Source of the DNA: a virus
Lineage: Duplodnaviria > Heunggongvirae > Uroviricota > Caudoviricetes
IMG/VR virus record: IMGVR_UViG_3300021431_000002
DNA: 64,000 nt
Strand: one strand, 5' to 3'
Made by a program: the position numbers and the translations under genes. Every line of letters starts with the position of its first letter. Position 1 is the stretch's first letter. Positions 8,770-19,751 of the stretch are shown piece by piece. Under the pieces are notes generated by a model. That model saw nothing but the letters and a program-made list of their open reading frames with translations, had not been told where the DNA came from and did not search any database.

Positions 8770-11700
8770 TTGATGAAAGAAATTACAACAGAGGTCGTTA
8801 ACACATTCCTCAATGGGCATGACCCAATGGAGCACATTATAGATATTGAATGTGCTTTCGATGAAGACCAAGTTAGCATTATCTATGTTGACAAAAAAGG
8901 TATTAAACGCATTAAAAAAGATGATTTCAAGCCATTCGCTTGGGTTAAACACAGCGCAGCAATCAGGCTCTTCGATGGCAATAAGACGAAACTCAGAAAC
9001 ACAATGAGGAGATACGGAATTGCCGTTAAAGCATTAATTACATCCAAGGATGGCGAAGAACCAAACGAGAGATTGGAAAACGGTTATAAATACCTCTTTT
9101 ATGCTACTAGGAAAATGTCCAACAAGGTTTTCCAAATGTTCTTCCAAGAAGGTGGTGTTCCACTACAAGAACGTAAAAAAACTAACACCACAACAGAATC
9201 CAATAAAGAGTATATGGTTGTTACACCAGTCGAACAATATATGATTCAAACTGGGCGTAGGCTCTTCAAAGGATATGATTCGTATGACCAATTGCTTAGA
9301 TTCATCTTCGACTTGGAAACACAAGGTCTTAATCCTAGAATACACAGAATTGAACAAATCGGTATACATTCCAATAGAGGATATGATAAAGTTCTATCTG
9401 TTGAAGGTAGCACAAAAGAGGAATTAGACAGAAACGAACTTAAAGCAATCGAAGAATTCTTGAAGATATTGGCAGAACTGAAACCAGATACAGTTGTTGG
9501 GCATAACTCTGAAAACTTTGACTGGGATTTCCTCATCGTCCGTTGTGAGCAATTAGGCGTTGATTTCTCAGAATTATCCGCAAAATACTTCAGGCACCCA
9601 ATATATAAGAAAAAGAAAGAAGCGGTGCTTAAACTAGGTGGAGAGGTGGAGTATTATTATCCTACAATTATGTGGGGTCATAATGTATTGGATTCACTTC
9701 ATGCTGCACGAAGAGCGCAAGCAATTGACTCTAATATGAAATCCTCAAATTTGAAATATGTAACCAAATACCTAAACTTGAAAAAACCAAACAGAGTATA
9801 CGTTCCTGGAGATAAAATCACATCAACTTGGAACATAAAAGAAAAAGTATTTGGTTTTTCAGATGTTGATGGTGATTGGTATAGAGTAACGGATAAAAAA
9901 CCGTTATTGCCAAACTATGAGCTTGTAAGCGGAAGATACATCGTTGAACGTTACCTTTTAGATGACCTCTGGGAAACAGATAAAGTAGAAGATAAATTAA
10001 ACGAATCCAACTTTCTTGTCGGAAAAATGCTTCCAACTACATTCTCAAGGGCTTGTACAATGGGTACAGCTGGTATTTGGAAACTTATTATGTTGGCTTG
10101 GTCATTCGAAAATGACCTTGCAATTCCAGCATTAGGAACAAACAAAAGATTTACAGGTGGTTTATCTCGTTTACTTAAAACTGGATACGTTGACAGAATT
10201 GTTAAACTTGATTACAATAGCCTCTATCCATCTGTGATTTTAACTTGGAACATTAATAATGATGTAGACGTAACGGATGTCTTAAATAAAATGCTTAATT
10301 ATGTTCTTGGGCAACGTGAAAAATATAAAGAGCTTAAAGCCGAAGCTGGAGTTAAAGTAGACGAGTTAAAAGAAGCTCTAACAAAATGTACAAATGAAGC
10401 AGAAAAAGAACATATAAAGAAAAAAATCGCATATTGGAAAGCAGAAAAAAGCGGAAACGATAAAAAGCAGTCGCCTCTCAAGATATTAGGTAATAGTTAT
10501 TTCGGAAGCGCAGGAAGTCCTGGCATCTTCCCTTGGGGTAATATTCTTGCAGCAGAAAAAACAACTTGTATTTCTAGGCAATTACTTAGACTAATGATTT
10601 ACCATTTCAAGACATTAGACTATAATCCAATTGTGGGTGACAGTGTTACATACGACACGCCTATATTGGTTAGGGGAGAAGATAAAAGAATAGATATTGT
10701 ACCGATTTGTGACATATTCAATAATAACGAAGCAATTGAGTTTGGCGAAGAGCAATACAGGGATTTCTCACATAAAAATTGCGAGGTTCTTACTAGAAAT
10801 GGGTGGAAACCTATTGAATATGTGTACAAGCATAAGACTAATAAAACTTTGAAAAGAGTTGAAACCAAAAATGGTCTTATTGATTGTACAGAAGACCATT
10901 CTTTGTTTGATAATAAAAGAAATGAGGTAAAGCCTTCTACACTTAATCGTGGTGACAAAATTGAAATATATACTAAAGATATTGACTATTACGCAAGTTC
11001 AACAGTAACAGATAGAGAGGCTTGGTTATTTGGTTTCTTCATGGCTGATGGTAGTTCCGTATACTGCGATAGAACACAAAAGTACTATTCAAAACGAAAG
11101 GGTGAATGGGTAATACATAATGGTAAAAGAGCTAATTGGAAAATCTCTAACAAATCTATTGATAGGCTTAATAAAGCAAAAGAAATATTAGAAGATAGCT
11201 TCTTCTTGAAAGCATCAATAAAAGACCATAGAACATCATCTAATGTTTACGACCTTGTTGTAGAAAATGCTGAAAATGCTAAATTCTTCTCTAACAATTT
11301 CTATACATCATACAGATATAAAAAGGTTCCAGAGTTTATATTGAATGCTAAGAAAGAAGTTAAGAAAGCATTCTTAGATGGCTTCTGTTGCGGTGATGGA
11401 CAGAACGATACAATTGATGAGTGTATTGAGTTTGGACAGAAATCAAAGGTTGCTATGGCTGGACTTTATTTATTGATGAAAGAACTTGGGTATAATTTCC
11501 GTTGTCATAATAGAAACGATAAACAAGAATTCATTAGTTTCAGACTTAGAAATCATCGTGGAAACCTATTGAACGAAAACTATTCAGAGAGGAAAGAAGA
11601 TGAGGTGTGGAATTGTGGAAACATTACTAGTAAATCAGAATATGTATATGACATATCAGCAGACGGTACATTCGTGAATGCACTTGGTATGATTGTGTGC

Positions 11701-13149
11701 CACAATACCGATGGGTTCAATTTCCAAATGCCAAAAGAAGAAGATTTCCGATATACAAATAGCCATCCTTACATTGGAAAAGGTTTAGGTAGAAACGTTA
11801 AAAAAGGCGTAAAATACACTAGAGTTGAGGCTGATGTGGCAGAATTTGAAGATTTATTCCTAAATACAACCTATAATAATGGTGTGCAAAGATATGGTCT
11901 AGGCATAGATGAATATTGTGACGCTTGTATTCAATTCGCTAGGAAAAATTATGCTGACTTAATGCCAGATGGGTCAACCAAAAAAGTCGGCAACACAATT
12001 AAATCTAGAAAAATGAGCGGATACCTTGAGAAATTCATTGATGAGGGAGTAGACTTGCTTCTTAGGGGAAATGGCTATAAATTTCTATCAAACTACTATG
12101 ACTACATAGAAAAGATATATAATTACCAAATCCCAATTAAAGACATAGCATCAAAGGGCAATATCAAGAAATCCATTAAGGACTACATCACAGACTGCAA
12201 AACATTAACTAAAGCTGGGTCTAAAAAATCTCGTCAAGCTTGGTATGAACTTGTAATCAAGGAGAACATCAATGTTAATGTAAGCGACACAATCTATTAT
12301 ATTAACACTGGTACTAAGAAAGGTCATTCGGACGTAAAACGTGTTACACATTTATACTATTACCTTGATGGTGAAAAAACAGAAATAACAAAAGAGGTAG
12401 AAAAGTTGTATAAAGAACAAGATAAAACACTACCAGATTATGTGAAAAAAACTCGTCTTGAACTTGCAAAAGAAAAATATGGGAACACCGTATTCGATGA
12501 GGATGAGATAATACTCAACTGTAAACTAGTTCCAAATGAAATCCTTGATAAAGAGGAAGACGTGCTTTGCAGTGAATATGAGGGACTAGAATACAATGTG
12601 GAGAAATACATTGACCAATTCAACAAAAGAATAACACCATTGTTGGTTTGCTTCCATCCAGATATTAGGAACAAAATATTAATAAATAACCCAAAAGACA
12701 GACTTTTCTTTACAGAAGAGCAATCTAAATTGGTAAGCGGTTATCCTAATAAAGAAGAAGACCAAGATACTTTTGAAGCATTGATGACACCTGAAAGGAA
12801 AGAAATAGAATTTTGGGTTAAAATTAATGAAACACCTCCTTTTGTTAAAGAATGCAATATTGACTGGGATACGTTAGTTCAAAAATACTTAGAAGAGGTC
12901 GAGAGTGAGAAAAATGAACTCTTTGAAACAGAAAACGCCAAATACCTTGAGGCGTTGGAAACCATCACAAACAAAGACATTGAGGAATTTGAAAGCGAAG
13001 GTAAAATACCGACTGTATTATCGTCAATAGTAACATTAGGCTCTGATATGAGGTTCTATTTCAAGAAAATACCAAATAAAACCCCTTCTACTGGAGGTTT
13101 CATTTTTGATGATATACAATATGATTATATTGATAGAAATGAACAATAA
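8770..13149 (+). CDS. Family B DNA polymerase (intein-containing)
   Basis: Exonuclease motifs FDLET and GHNSENFD; polymerase motifs LDYNSLYPS, KILGNSYFG, GD/TDG (split by the intein) and RKNYA. Confidence 0.95.
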   Translation: MMKEITTEVVNTFLNGHDPMEHIIDIECAFDEDQVSIIYVDKKGIKRIKKDDFKPFAWVKHSAAIRLFDGNKTKLRNTMRRYGIAVKALITSKDGEEPNERLENGYKYLFYATRKMSNKVFQMFFQEGGVPLQERKKTNTTTESNKEYMVVTPVEQYMIQTGRRLFKGYDSYDQLLRFIFDLETQGLNPRIHRIEQIGIHSNRGYDKVLSVEGSTKEELDRNELKAIEEFLKILAELKPDTVVGHNSENFDWDFLIVRCEQLGVDFSELSAKYFRHPIYKKKKEAVLKLGGEVEYYYPTIMWGHNVLDSLHAARRAQAIDSNMKSSNLKYVTKYLNLKKPNRVYVPGDKITSTWNIKEKVFGFSDVDGDWYRVTDKKPLLPNYELVSGRYIVERYLLDDLWETDKVEDKLNESNFLVGKMLPTTFSRACTMGTAGIWKLIMLAWSFENDLAIPALGTNKRFTGGLSRLLKTGYVDRIVKLDYNSLYPSVILTWNINNDVDVTDVLNKMLNYVLGQREKYKELKAEAGVKVDELKEALTKCTNEAEKEHIKKKIAYWKAEKSGNDKKQSPLKILGNSYFGSAGSPGIFPWGNILAAEKTTCISRQLLRLMIYHFKTLDYNPIVGDSVTYDTPILVRGEDKRIDIVPICDIFNNNEAIEFGEEQYRDFSHKNCEVLTRNGWKPIEYVYKHKTNKTLKRVETKNGLIDCTEDHSLFDNKRNEVKPSTLNRGDKIEIYTKDIDYYASSTVTDREAWLFGFFMADGSSVYCDRTQKYYSKRKGEWVIHNGKRANWKISNKSIDRLNKAKEILEDSFFLKASIKDHRTSSNVYDLVVENAENAKFFSNNFYTSYRYKKVPEFILNAKKEVKKAFLDGFCCGDGQNDTIDECIEFGQKSKVAMAGLYLLMKELGYNFRCHNRNDKQEFISFRLRNHRGNLLNENYSERKEDEVWNCGNITSKSEYVYDISADGTFVNALGMIVCHNTDGFNFQMPKEEDFRYTNSHPYIGKGLGRNVKKGVKYTRVEADVAEFEDLFLNTTYNNGVQRYGLGIDEYCDACIQFARKNYADLMPDGSTKKVGNTIKSRKMSGYLEKFIDEGVDLLLRGNGYKFLSNYYDYIEKIYNYQIPIKDIASKGNIKKSIKDYITDCKTLTKAGSKKSRQAWYELVIKENINVNVSDTIYYINTGTKKGHSDVKRVTHLYYYLDGEKTEITKEVEKLYKEQDKTLPDYVKKTRLELAKEKYGNTVFDEDEIILNCKLVPNEILDKEEDVLCSEYEGLEYNVEKYIDQFNKRITPLLVCFHPDIRNKILINNPKDRLFFTEEQSKLVSGYPNKEEDQDTFEALMTPERKEIEFWVKINETPPFVKECNIDWDTLVQKYLEEVESEKNELFETENAKYLEALETITNKDIEEFESEGKIPTVLSSIVTLGSDMRFYFKKIPNKTPSTGGFIFDDIQYDYIDRNEQ
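10642..11706 (+). mobile_element. Intein with LAGLIDADG homing endonuclease (355 aa)
   Basis: Begins S(VTYDTPIL) right after GD and ends VCHN before T(DG); block B TEDH; LAGLIDADG-like LFGFFMADG and FLDGFCCGDG. Confidence 0.93.
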
Positions 13150-13183
13150 AAAAGAGGCTAGAACTAATCTAGCCTCCTTTTTA
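13149..13183. terminator. Bidirectional terminator
   Basis: aaaagaggctaga...tctagcctcctttt between convergent genes. Confidence 0.7.
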
Positions 13184-13192
13184 TTTTATTAG

Positions 13193-16100
13193 TTATCTTA
13201 CGTTGTTATTGTAATCATAACTGCTTGGTTGGTCTTCTGATAAATAGTTGGTGTTATATCCAGCCGCATCAGCTTTATGCCTTGCCTCTATGTCTGCTGC
13301 ATCGTGCTCATCATAATACAAACCACAATCCCAAACATTGCTCAAATATATACCGTTCTGTGGTGTATCAATAGATGGCGTAACACCACCACAATCTTCT
13401 ACGCATACTATTCTAAGAGCGTTAGTATCAGTGAACTCTGTGTTAGTTGGGTCAATATAATCACCAGTACAATTATTGATAATGATTTCTTCATCTTCCA
13501 CAAATTCACCGCCTACGCCATTACCACGTGATAATTTAACGTCAACTATCATCTTCTTATTAGCGCCATCGTCAACCCATTCTGATTGTGTTGTGCATGT
13601 TTCACCGCTAACCCACATTTCCATGATTTCACAAAGCTGATATGCCATTAATTGGTCTGCATCTTGGAATGAAGTAGCTGCACTTATAATGCAATTGTGT
13701 ACATCTGGCTTGTATTCGATACCTTCACCACACCCACCAGGTGCTGCATCACCAAATAAAGTCTTATAAATCGAATCAGTTTTTCCGCTTACACATTCAG
13801 CTATGGTTGCAGCACTTGCTACTATGTCACCAGGAACATATAACGCATCTCCATCAACCATAAGAAGGTTATCTGTATGAGCTGCTATTTTAACATCAGC
13901 TCTTAAAACATCAGTAACTCCAGAAGGGTCAAGTGTTTTTGTAAGTTTAATAGGGGTACCATCATTATCAACAGTCCACTCATTCACTAATTCTTCAGCT
14001 GGTATTGTGACAGTTCTTGTTTCACCAGCGGCTGTTTTATAAATAATTATGATGTTTTTATGAACTGAATCATATTCTATCCTATCAACAATAGAACCAG
14101 CATTGAGTTGTATCTCTTTATCTGGTAGATTATTTCTCTTTAATGTTAACTTATTTGTAACACCATTATATTCAAAATCAACAGTAGAATATAAACCAGT
14201 CAAGTTATTGGTAATGGTATTAGCTGAGTCTGTAGCAACTTTAACAATTGCTGTTACGTCAGTACCAACTCTCTCAAAATCGATACTTGTGGTATCTTTG
14301 AAGTTAAGAGTTTGAGCAGAAATTGCATTTCTAAGTTCTTCCTCAGTTCTTTCTGCTCTTGCAACCTCATCAGTAATATCTCTACTAAGTCCACTTTCAG
14401 CGTTAATAGCTCTAGTTGCCTCTGCTACGATTTTATCGTAAAGCGTATGTTCTGCATCTTTTGCCCTCTGGATTTCCTCTGCAATCTGTCCGTCATGTTC
14501 ATTATCCTTTTCGGTTGAACGAGCAACTTCTGTTCTCAATGATTTCCATATGTTATCGTCCTCAGTTGTTGAGCGAGAAATCTCACGGTCAAGCTTTTCT
14601 TCGATACGCTGTTCCTCACCTTCTGCACGAGAAATTTCTGCTGCAAGAGCATTCTCAAGTGAATCAACTCCACCTTCTGCCTCATTCATTCTATCACTCA
14701 ATGATGCAATATCAGCCTTGTTTTGTTCAATTTGGGCGTTTGATACATAAAGAGCACCGTTGTCATTTACTAAGATGTTATCTTCATGGTCTGAAATAAC
14801 TGATTCTGCATAAAGGACATCTTGAGTTGCGCCACTTTCTCTTGTTTTGTAAAGTTTAATTGCGCCATTTGTGTCTTCAGATACACGCCACTCATCAATC
14901 AAATCATGCACAGGAATAACAACATCTGGCATTCTCTGACCGTTAACTGTGTATTCGATAATTATTGCCTCCCTTATTGGGTCGTAATAAATCTTATCTA
15001 TAACAGAATTGGTCTTCAAGTCAAATGTCTTAGTTCCATTTGTTGTTTTAAATACAAGTACATTCTTACTAGTACCAGACTCGAAGTGATAATCAAGGTC
15101 AACGCCCGCATATAAACCATCACTATTTAGTTTAATGACATTAGGCATACCCTCAATTTCCTCATCACTTATATTTACACTGATAACTGGTCTAACTTGG
15201 TCTGTCTTATCTACGTTAATTGAATGGTCATTATTGATAACGTCAATCAATCTACCTTCAGTGTTTGCACTAATGGCATCAATCTCACCTTGAAGTCTTG
15301 TATCCTCACCAACACGTTCAGCCTTTTCTCTATTGAATTCGTCTCTTACGGTGTTGCGAATGCTAAATCCATCACCAAGTTCATCATCGAATTTCTTCTC
15401 AATTCTCTGCTCTTCACTATTTGCACGTACAATCTCAGCCTCTGTCTTCGCTGAAAGCAATCCAAGATTAGCATCAATTGTATCAGTCTTTGCAGATATT
15501 GTGTTTGTCTTTGCTGACAACTCATTAAACTTATAAGTTACGGTCTCATGTCCATCAATTGTAAACCCGTCACCAATTGTTTGCTCAATTGTGCTTATTT
15601 TTGAGTCATGTTCTGCATCCTTTGCTGTTGAACGAGAAATTTCTGCGTCAAGTTTATTTTCGATACGTTGTTCCTCACCAGTTGCACGGTTAACCTCTGC
15701 ATCAAACTCTGTTCTCAAAGTATCAACCTTACCGCTAGTCTCAGTAAGTTTAGCATTGATGCTAGCGTCGTTAGCATTAAGTTTATCAAGTTCATCGTTT
15801 ACGTTACCGTTTCTACCATATCTGATATTATCGGCAGTACCCTTAACGAATAACTCATGATTCTTATCAACCAAAATGTTATCTGGGTCTTCGTAGATTG
15901 CAACGTCAGCAGATACCTTGTCATTACCGCCAACAACTCTCTGTTTATGAAGTTTAACGTTATGTCCGTCATTTAGAATATCCCACTCCCAATCTTGCAT
16001 CATTTCGCCAATTGGAACGTCACATTCTTGAATGTCACCGTTTCCATCAACATACATGATAATAAGTGTCTCTGTTACTGGGTCATAAACAATCTTCTTA

Positions 16101-17236
16101 AATGCTTCAACAGAATTAAGCTTAATTTCTTCAACGCTTGTTCCACCTGTTACATTAGATGTTGTAAAGACAAGCTTATTCTCTTTGTTGAGATATTTCA
16201 AAGTTGCTGTAGAATAATATCCGTCTGCTTTTTCATAAATGATATTTGTACTATCATTTGATGCGCCCTTTGTTGCATTGGTAAGTGCCTCTTGGACGGT
16301 CATTTCCTCGCCATCCTTGAAGAATATGATATTATTTGCCAAACCGTCAACATACAAATATCTACCATCAGTAGTCTTCTTCAGTATGTTGTATTTTCTA
16401 TCAGCTAGTCTAACATCTGCTTTTAAAACGTCTTGCCAAGGTTCTACATGGTTATGAAGGGCATCATCACCATAGCCAACCTCTTCTTTTGTAAGGACAA
16501 TTGGAGTGTTTGAAGCCTCACCTTCTACGCCCCATTCGTCAATAAGGTTTTCTAAAGATACAACAACATCTTCACCATCTTTTCTTAACAAATGTAAAGA
16601 TTCGTCTTTTTTGCTGTAATATCCTTTGACAAGATAATTATCGCTGATTGTCCATTCTTTTGTGTTACCATTAACTGTAAAAGAAATATGTCCAGTTTCT
16701 TCATCAACCTCCATATTAACATAAGTGAACAGCCCATCTTCAGTATTAAGAATGATATTTGGTTTACGAGCATCATCAAAAATCTGTGATGTAGCGACAA
16801 CAACATCACCACTGATTACTGTGCCACTTTCTGTTTTTTCAGAATAAAGCTTCAAAGTGTTTGTATTTTTTGTTACAATTGACAAACTCTTGATTGCTTT
16901 TTCTAGCTCTTCCCACAAATCCTCGACTTCCTTCTCTGTCTTATCAATGTCAATGATACAGAATCTATTATCATTGTACTGTGTTCCTTCATTAGTTGCA
17001 GAACCAATAGCAAAGATAAGATGTGGGTCGTTTTCACCAGTTGGGTCAGCTTCTGTGACATTCTTGTACAAAAGAACTGTTGGCTCTCCTAACAAAGAAA
17101 AACCATATCTTTTGTCCTCAAATGCCAAGCCTTCATCTGCAAATCTTATTTGGCTGTATATATACTCAATAGCAGCCTCCCTAGTTTCAAATATAGGAGT
17201 ATGATGTCTTAATTGTAATCTATTGATTGTATTCAT
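13193..17236 (-). CDS. Large modular fibre-like virion protein
   Basis: 1347 aa; four copies of a YD...IxY...LxxEW module alternating with ExxRAxxxExxI coiled-coil repeats. Confidence 0.65.
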   Translation of the reverse strand: MNTINRLQLRHHTPIFETREAAIEYIYSQIRFADEGLAFEDKRYGFSLLGEPTVLLYKNVTEADPTGENDPHLIFAIGSATNEGTQYNDNRFCIIDIDKTEKEVEDLWEELEKAIKSLSIVTKNTNTLKLYSEKTESGTVISGDVVVATSQIFDDARKPNIILNTEDGLFTYVNMEVDEETGHISFTVNGNTKEWTISDNYLVKGYYSKKDESLHLLRKDGEDVVVSLENLIDEWGVEGEASNTPIVLTKEEVGYGDDALHNHVEPWQDVLKADVRLADRKYNILKKTTDGRYLYVDGLANNIIFFKDGEEMTVQEALTNATKGASNDSTNIIYEKADGYYSTATLKYLNKENKLVFTTSNVTGGTSVEEIKLNSVEAFKKIVYDPVTETLIIMYVDGNGDIQECDVPIGEMMQDWEWDILNDGHNVKLHKQRVVGGNDKVSADVAIYEDPDNILVDKNHELFVKGTADNIRYGRNGNVNDELDKLNANDASINAKLTETSGKVDTLRTEFDAEVNRATGEEQRIENKLDAEISRSTAKDAEHDSKISTIEQTIGDGFTIDGHETVTYKFNELSAKTNTISAKTDTIDANLGLLSAKTEAEIVRANSEEQRIEKKFDDELGDGFSIRNTVRDEFNREKAERVGEDTRLQGEIDAISANTEGRLIDVINNDHSINVDKTDQVRPVISVNISDEEIEGMPNVIKLNSDGLYAGVDLDYHFESGTSKNVLVFKTTNGTKTFDLKTNSVIDKIYYDPIREAIIIEYTVNGQRMPDVVIPVHDLIDEWRVSEDTNGAIKLYKTRESGATQDVLYAESVISDHEDNILVNDNGALYVSNAQIEQNKADIASLSDRMNEAEGGVDSLENALAAEISRAEGEEQRIEEKLDREISRSTTEDDNIWKSLRTEVARSTEKDNEHDGQIAEEIQRAKDAEHTLYDKIVAEATRAINAESGLSRDITDEVARAERTEEELRNAISAQTLNFKDTTSIDFERVGTDVTAIVKVATDSANTITNNLTGLYSTVDFEYNGVTNKLTLKRNNLPDKEIQLNAGSIVDRIEYDSVHKNIIIIYKTAAGETRTVTIPAEELVNEWTVDNDGTPIKLTKTLDPSGVTDVLRADVKIAAHTDNLLMVDGDALYVPGDIVASAATIAECVSGKTDSIYKTLFGDAAPGGCGEGIEYKPDVHNCIISAATSFQDADQLMAYQLCEIMEMWVSGETCTTQSEWVDDGANKKMIVDVKLSRGNGVGGEFVEDEEIIINNCTGDYIDPTNTEFTDTNALRIVCVEDCGGVTPSIDTPQNGIYLSNVWDCGLYYDEHDAADIEARHKADAAGYNTNYLSEDQPSSYDYNNNVR

Positions 17237-17262
17237 TGTTATTATATATTGTTATAAACTTA

Positions 17263-19638
17263 TTAGATTTCACCAAAATTACCATCAAACTTAATCTTGA
17301 TGAAATGTTCATCTATTCCATCTTTAGATTTAAGTATTAAGTTATACTCTGATTCAGAAGGAAGTGTAGATACTTTAAATTTATAATCCTCACTAGTATC
17401 TATTGTTAAGCCTGAAATTTCATCCTCAGTAGCCTTTGCTCTTTCAATTTCCTCGTCAAGCTTTAATTCGATTTCATCTTCTCTCTCTTTAGCCCTCTCG
17501 ATTTCATCATCTATTTTCTGGTCGAGCTTTTCTTCTTCTTCTTTAGCTCTAGCAGTCTCAGCATCAATCTTTTCGTCAAGCCTCTGTTCTTCTGCTTTAG
17601 CTCTTTCAATTTCTTCGTCCAAGTCAACCCTCAACTCAGTCTCCGCACTAATAGCACGAGAAATTTCATTGTTAAGAGCTTCCCAAAGGTCATCATCAGC
17701 TTGTTTTCTGTCATTTATCTCTTTTTCAATCTTTTCATTAAGATAAGTGTCTCCAGAAATACGAGCATCTGCCTCTTCTGCCAAAGCTTCCCAAATCTCT
17801 GTATCTGCGCTTTCTCTATCGTGTATTTCTTTCTCAAGGGCTTCCCAAATTTCAGTATCAGCAGAAATTCTCTCTGTCCTCTCAATATCGATTTCACGTC
17901 TAACTTCAGTAATTGCTGAGATTCTTTCCTCTTTTTCTTTAATAATAATTGGAAGAACAAGTTTCAAAAGCCTTTCTACAACAAGGTCATCAGTATTATA
18001 TAAATCTTGACTACATCCGTCTTCAGTATAAACACGGAACTCTACATTATGTTGTGCTTCACGCTCAATTGTAATTGTCTCGCATTCTTGGTCATTTAAA
18101 GGCTCTACATCATCTACTGGTGCTGTTCCATCACATTCTGTCCTAGTCTCTTCAATGTTGAAATTCGTCCTCCAACAATATGTAATTTCCTTGACATCAA
18201 CATCTTCACAAGGATTCTCAACTACTACAGTATCACCCTCGTTCATCTGTTTCTTTTCCCAATAGTATCCGTTCCATTCATTCAAGAACAATGCCTTTCT
18301 CTTCTCAAGAACTTCACCGTTGTTTACTTCTGCCAACTCTGCACCTTCTTGGTCTCCATCTGCTGGGATAAAACCTTCTTTTTTAGCATAGTTGGTTGCA
18401 AGCCAAATCTGTCTAGTTTTAGGGAATAATATTGTCTTGTAAAGAACGCCATCAATGTATTCTGAATCGAAATAGTTGCATCCATCATAATCCTTTACAA
18501 GCCTTACACTATAGAATGGTGTTGGACATTCTGCCTCTTGAATCACGCCACCTTTTTTATATGAAAACTCTTTAACGTATCTGTCTTGTTCAGCATCGCC
18601 ATAAACATGTGTTGTTGTCCAGAAAAATGCTTGCGCTTGGAATGCATCTGCTTGTGGTCTATCATAAGCATCAAGACCAACCATACCAGCTGGTAGGATT
18701 GCCATTCCATACTTATCGACACCAAGTGGAGAAATCTTTTTATCTACTGGAAACTCTGATGTTGGGTCACTGATGTAATCCTCGTCAACGTCACACGCTT
18801 CTTGCTCAAATGAACATCCTGTTGTTGGTTTTGTTGGATAACATTCGCATGGGTCTTGTCCTAGCCACCCACATTCTGATTTGAGATACTTACCAGCTAA
18901 CTTACCAAGTTCAACGTGGCATTTTGCAGACTCATGGTTTTGAAATGCCTTACATGGCTCAATTGAGTTTAGAAGCAAATCCCAATCTGCCTTAGATGGT
19001 ACACGCCACCCATGACCCTCTTCTGCTACATTTGCTGAAATCTTATCAAGACCAGCTCCGTTGTAAAGATAGCCATAATCGTTTACATACTCAACAGTTA
19101 CATATCTTGTGCCAAGTTTTGCAACATCTGGTAATTTTCCGCCATTAGTTAAATCAATCTTTGCCTTAACTGGAGCATACATACCAGTTTTTTCAACACC
19201 ATTTATTCCAAGTGGATGACCCATTGTTCCGTCACCTCTAAGTGTACCGTCTGTGATAACCCTTGTAAGAACGTTATCGCCAACAAGTTTCATCAACTTA
19301 TCGGCTGTAACAATATCGGTGATTTTGAATTTCTTCCAGCCATCCTTTCCATCATACTCGATTGTAAGGGTAGTCCCACTTTCACCACACTCAGTGTCAA
19401 CGTTTAGGTTGTATGTAACGTCAGTAAGAGGAACGATAAGTTTTTCACCATTGTTTCTAGTAAGTATAAGAGACTTGTTATTTGCATCATCATCATAAAT
19501 GAACTCTGCGCTCTTAATGTCCTCATCCTTTAATGACAAAAAGTTACTATCTATTTCATTAATAGTAAGTTTACAGTTTTTTGTCACATCTTCTGGGTAA
19601 GGTGATTGTAACTTATAGTAGTATAAGCCCTTTGCCAT
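17263..19638 (-). CDS. Virion protein with Fib_succ_major (FISUMP)-like domain and C-terminal coiled coil
   Basis: GYLYN...GWRVPSKADWDLL...GKYLKS...DKYGMAILPAG...FFWTTT...YSVRLVKD; EIERAKAEE repeats. Confidence 0.7.
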   Translation of the reverse strand: MAKGLYYYKLQSPYPEDVTKNCKLTINEIDSNFLSLKDEDIKSAEFIYDDDANNKSLILTRNNGEKLIVPLTDVTYNLNVDTECGESGTTLTIEYDGKDGWKKFKITDIVTADKLMKLVGDNVLTRVITDGTLRGDGTMGHPLGINGVEKTGMYAPVKAKIDLTNGGKLPDVAKLGTRYVTVEYVNDYGYLYNGAGLDKISANVAEEGHGWRVPSKADWDLLLNSIEPCKAFQNHESAKCHVELGKLAGKYLKSECGWLGQDPCECYPTKPTTGCSFEQEACDVDEDYISDPTSEFPVDKKISPLGVDKYGMAILPAGMVGLDAYDRPQADAFQAQAFFWTTTHVYGDAEQDRYVKEFSYKKGGVIQEAECPTPFYSVRLVKDYDGCNYFDSEYIDGVLYKTILFPKTRQIWLATNYAKKEGFIPADGDQEGAELAEVNNGEVLEKRKALFLNEWNGYYWEKKQMNEGDTVVVENPCEDVDVKEITYCWRTNFNIEETRTECDGTAPVDDVEPLNDQECETITIEREAQHNVEFRVYTEDGCSQDLYNTDDLVVERLLKLVLPIIIKEKEERISAITEVRREIDIERTERISADTEIWEALEKEIHDRESADTEIWEALAEEADARISGDTYLNEKIEKEINDRKQADDDLWEALNNEISRAISAETELRVDLDEEIERAKAEEQRLDEKIDAETARAKEEEEKLDQKIDDEIERAKEREDEIELKLDEEIERAKATEDEISGLTIDTSEDYKFKVSTLPSESEYNLILKSKDGIDEHFIKIKFDGNFGEI

Positions 19639-19751
19639 AATTAATCAAACATTTTTTAGTTATTTATTATTTTCTTTTAATAATAAATATTAAAACTTTT
19701 CAAGTTATTTTCCAAAATCACGTATTTATGTATATATACCTTACAAATTTT

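Noticed and set aside
17263-19638. Diversity-generating retroelement targeting the FISUMP domain
   Set aside because: No reverse transcriptase and no template/variable repeat pair seen in this window.
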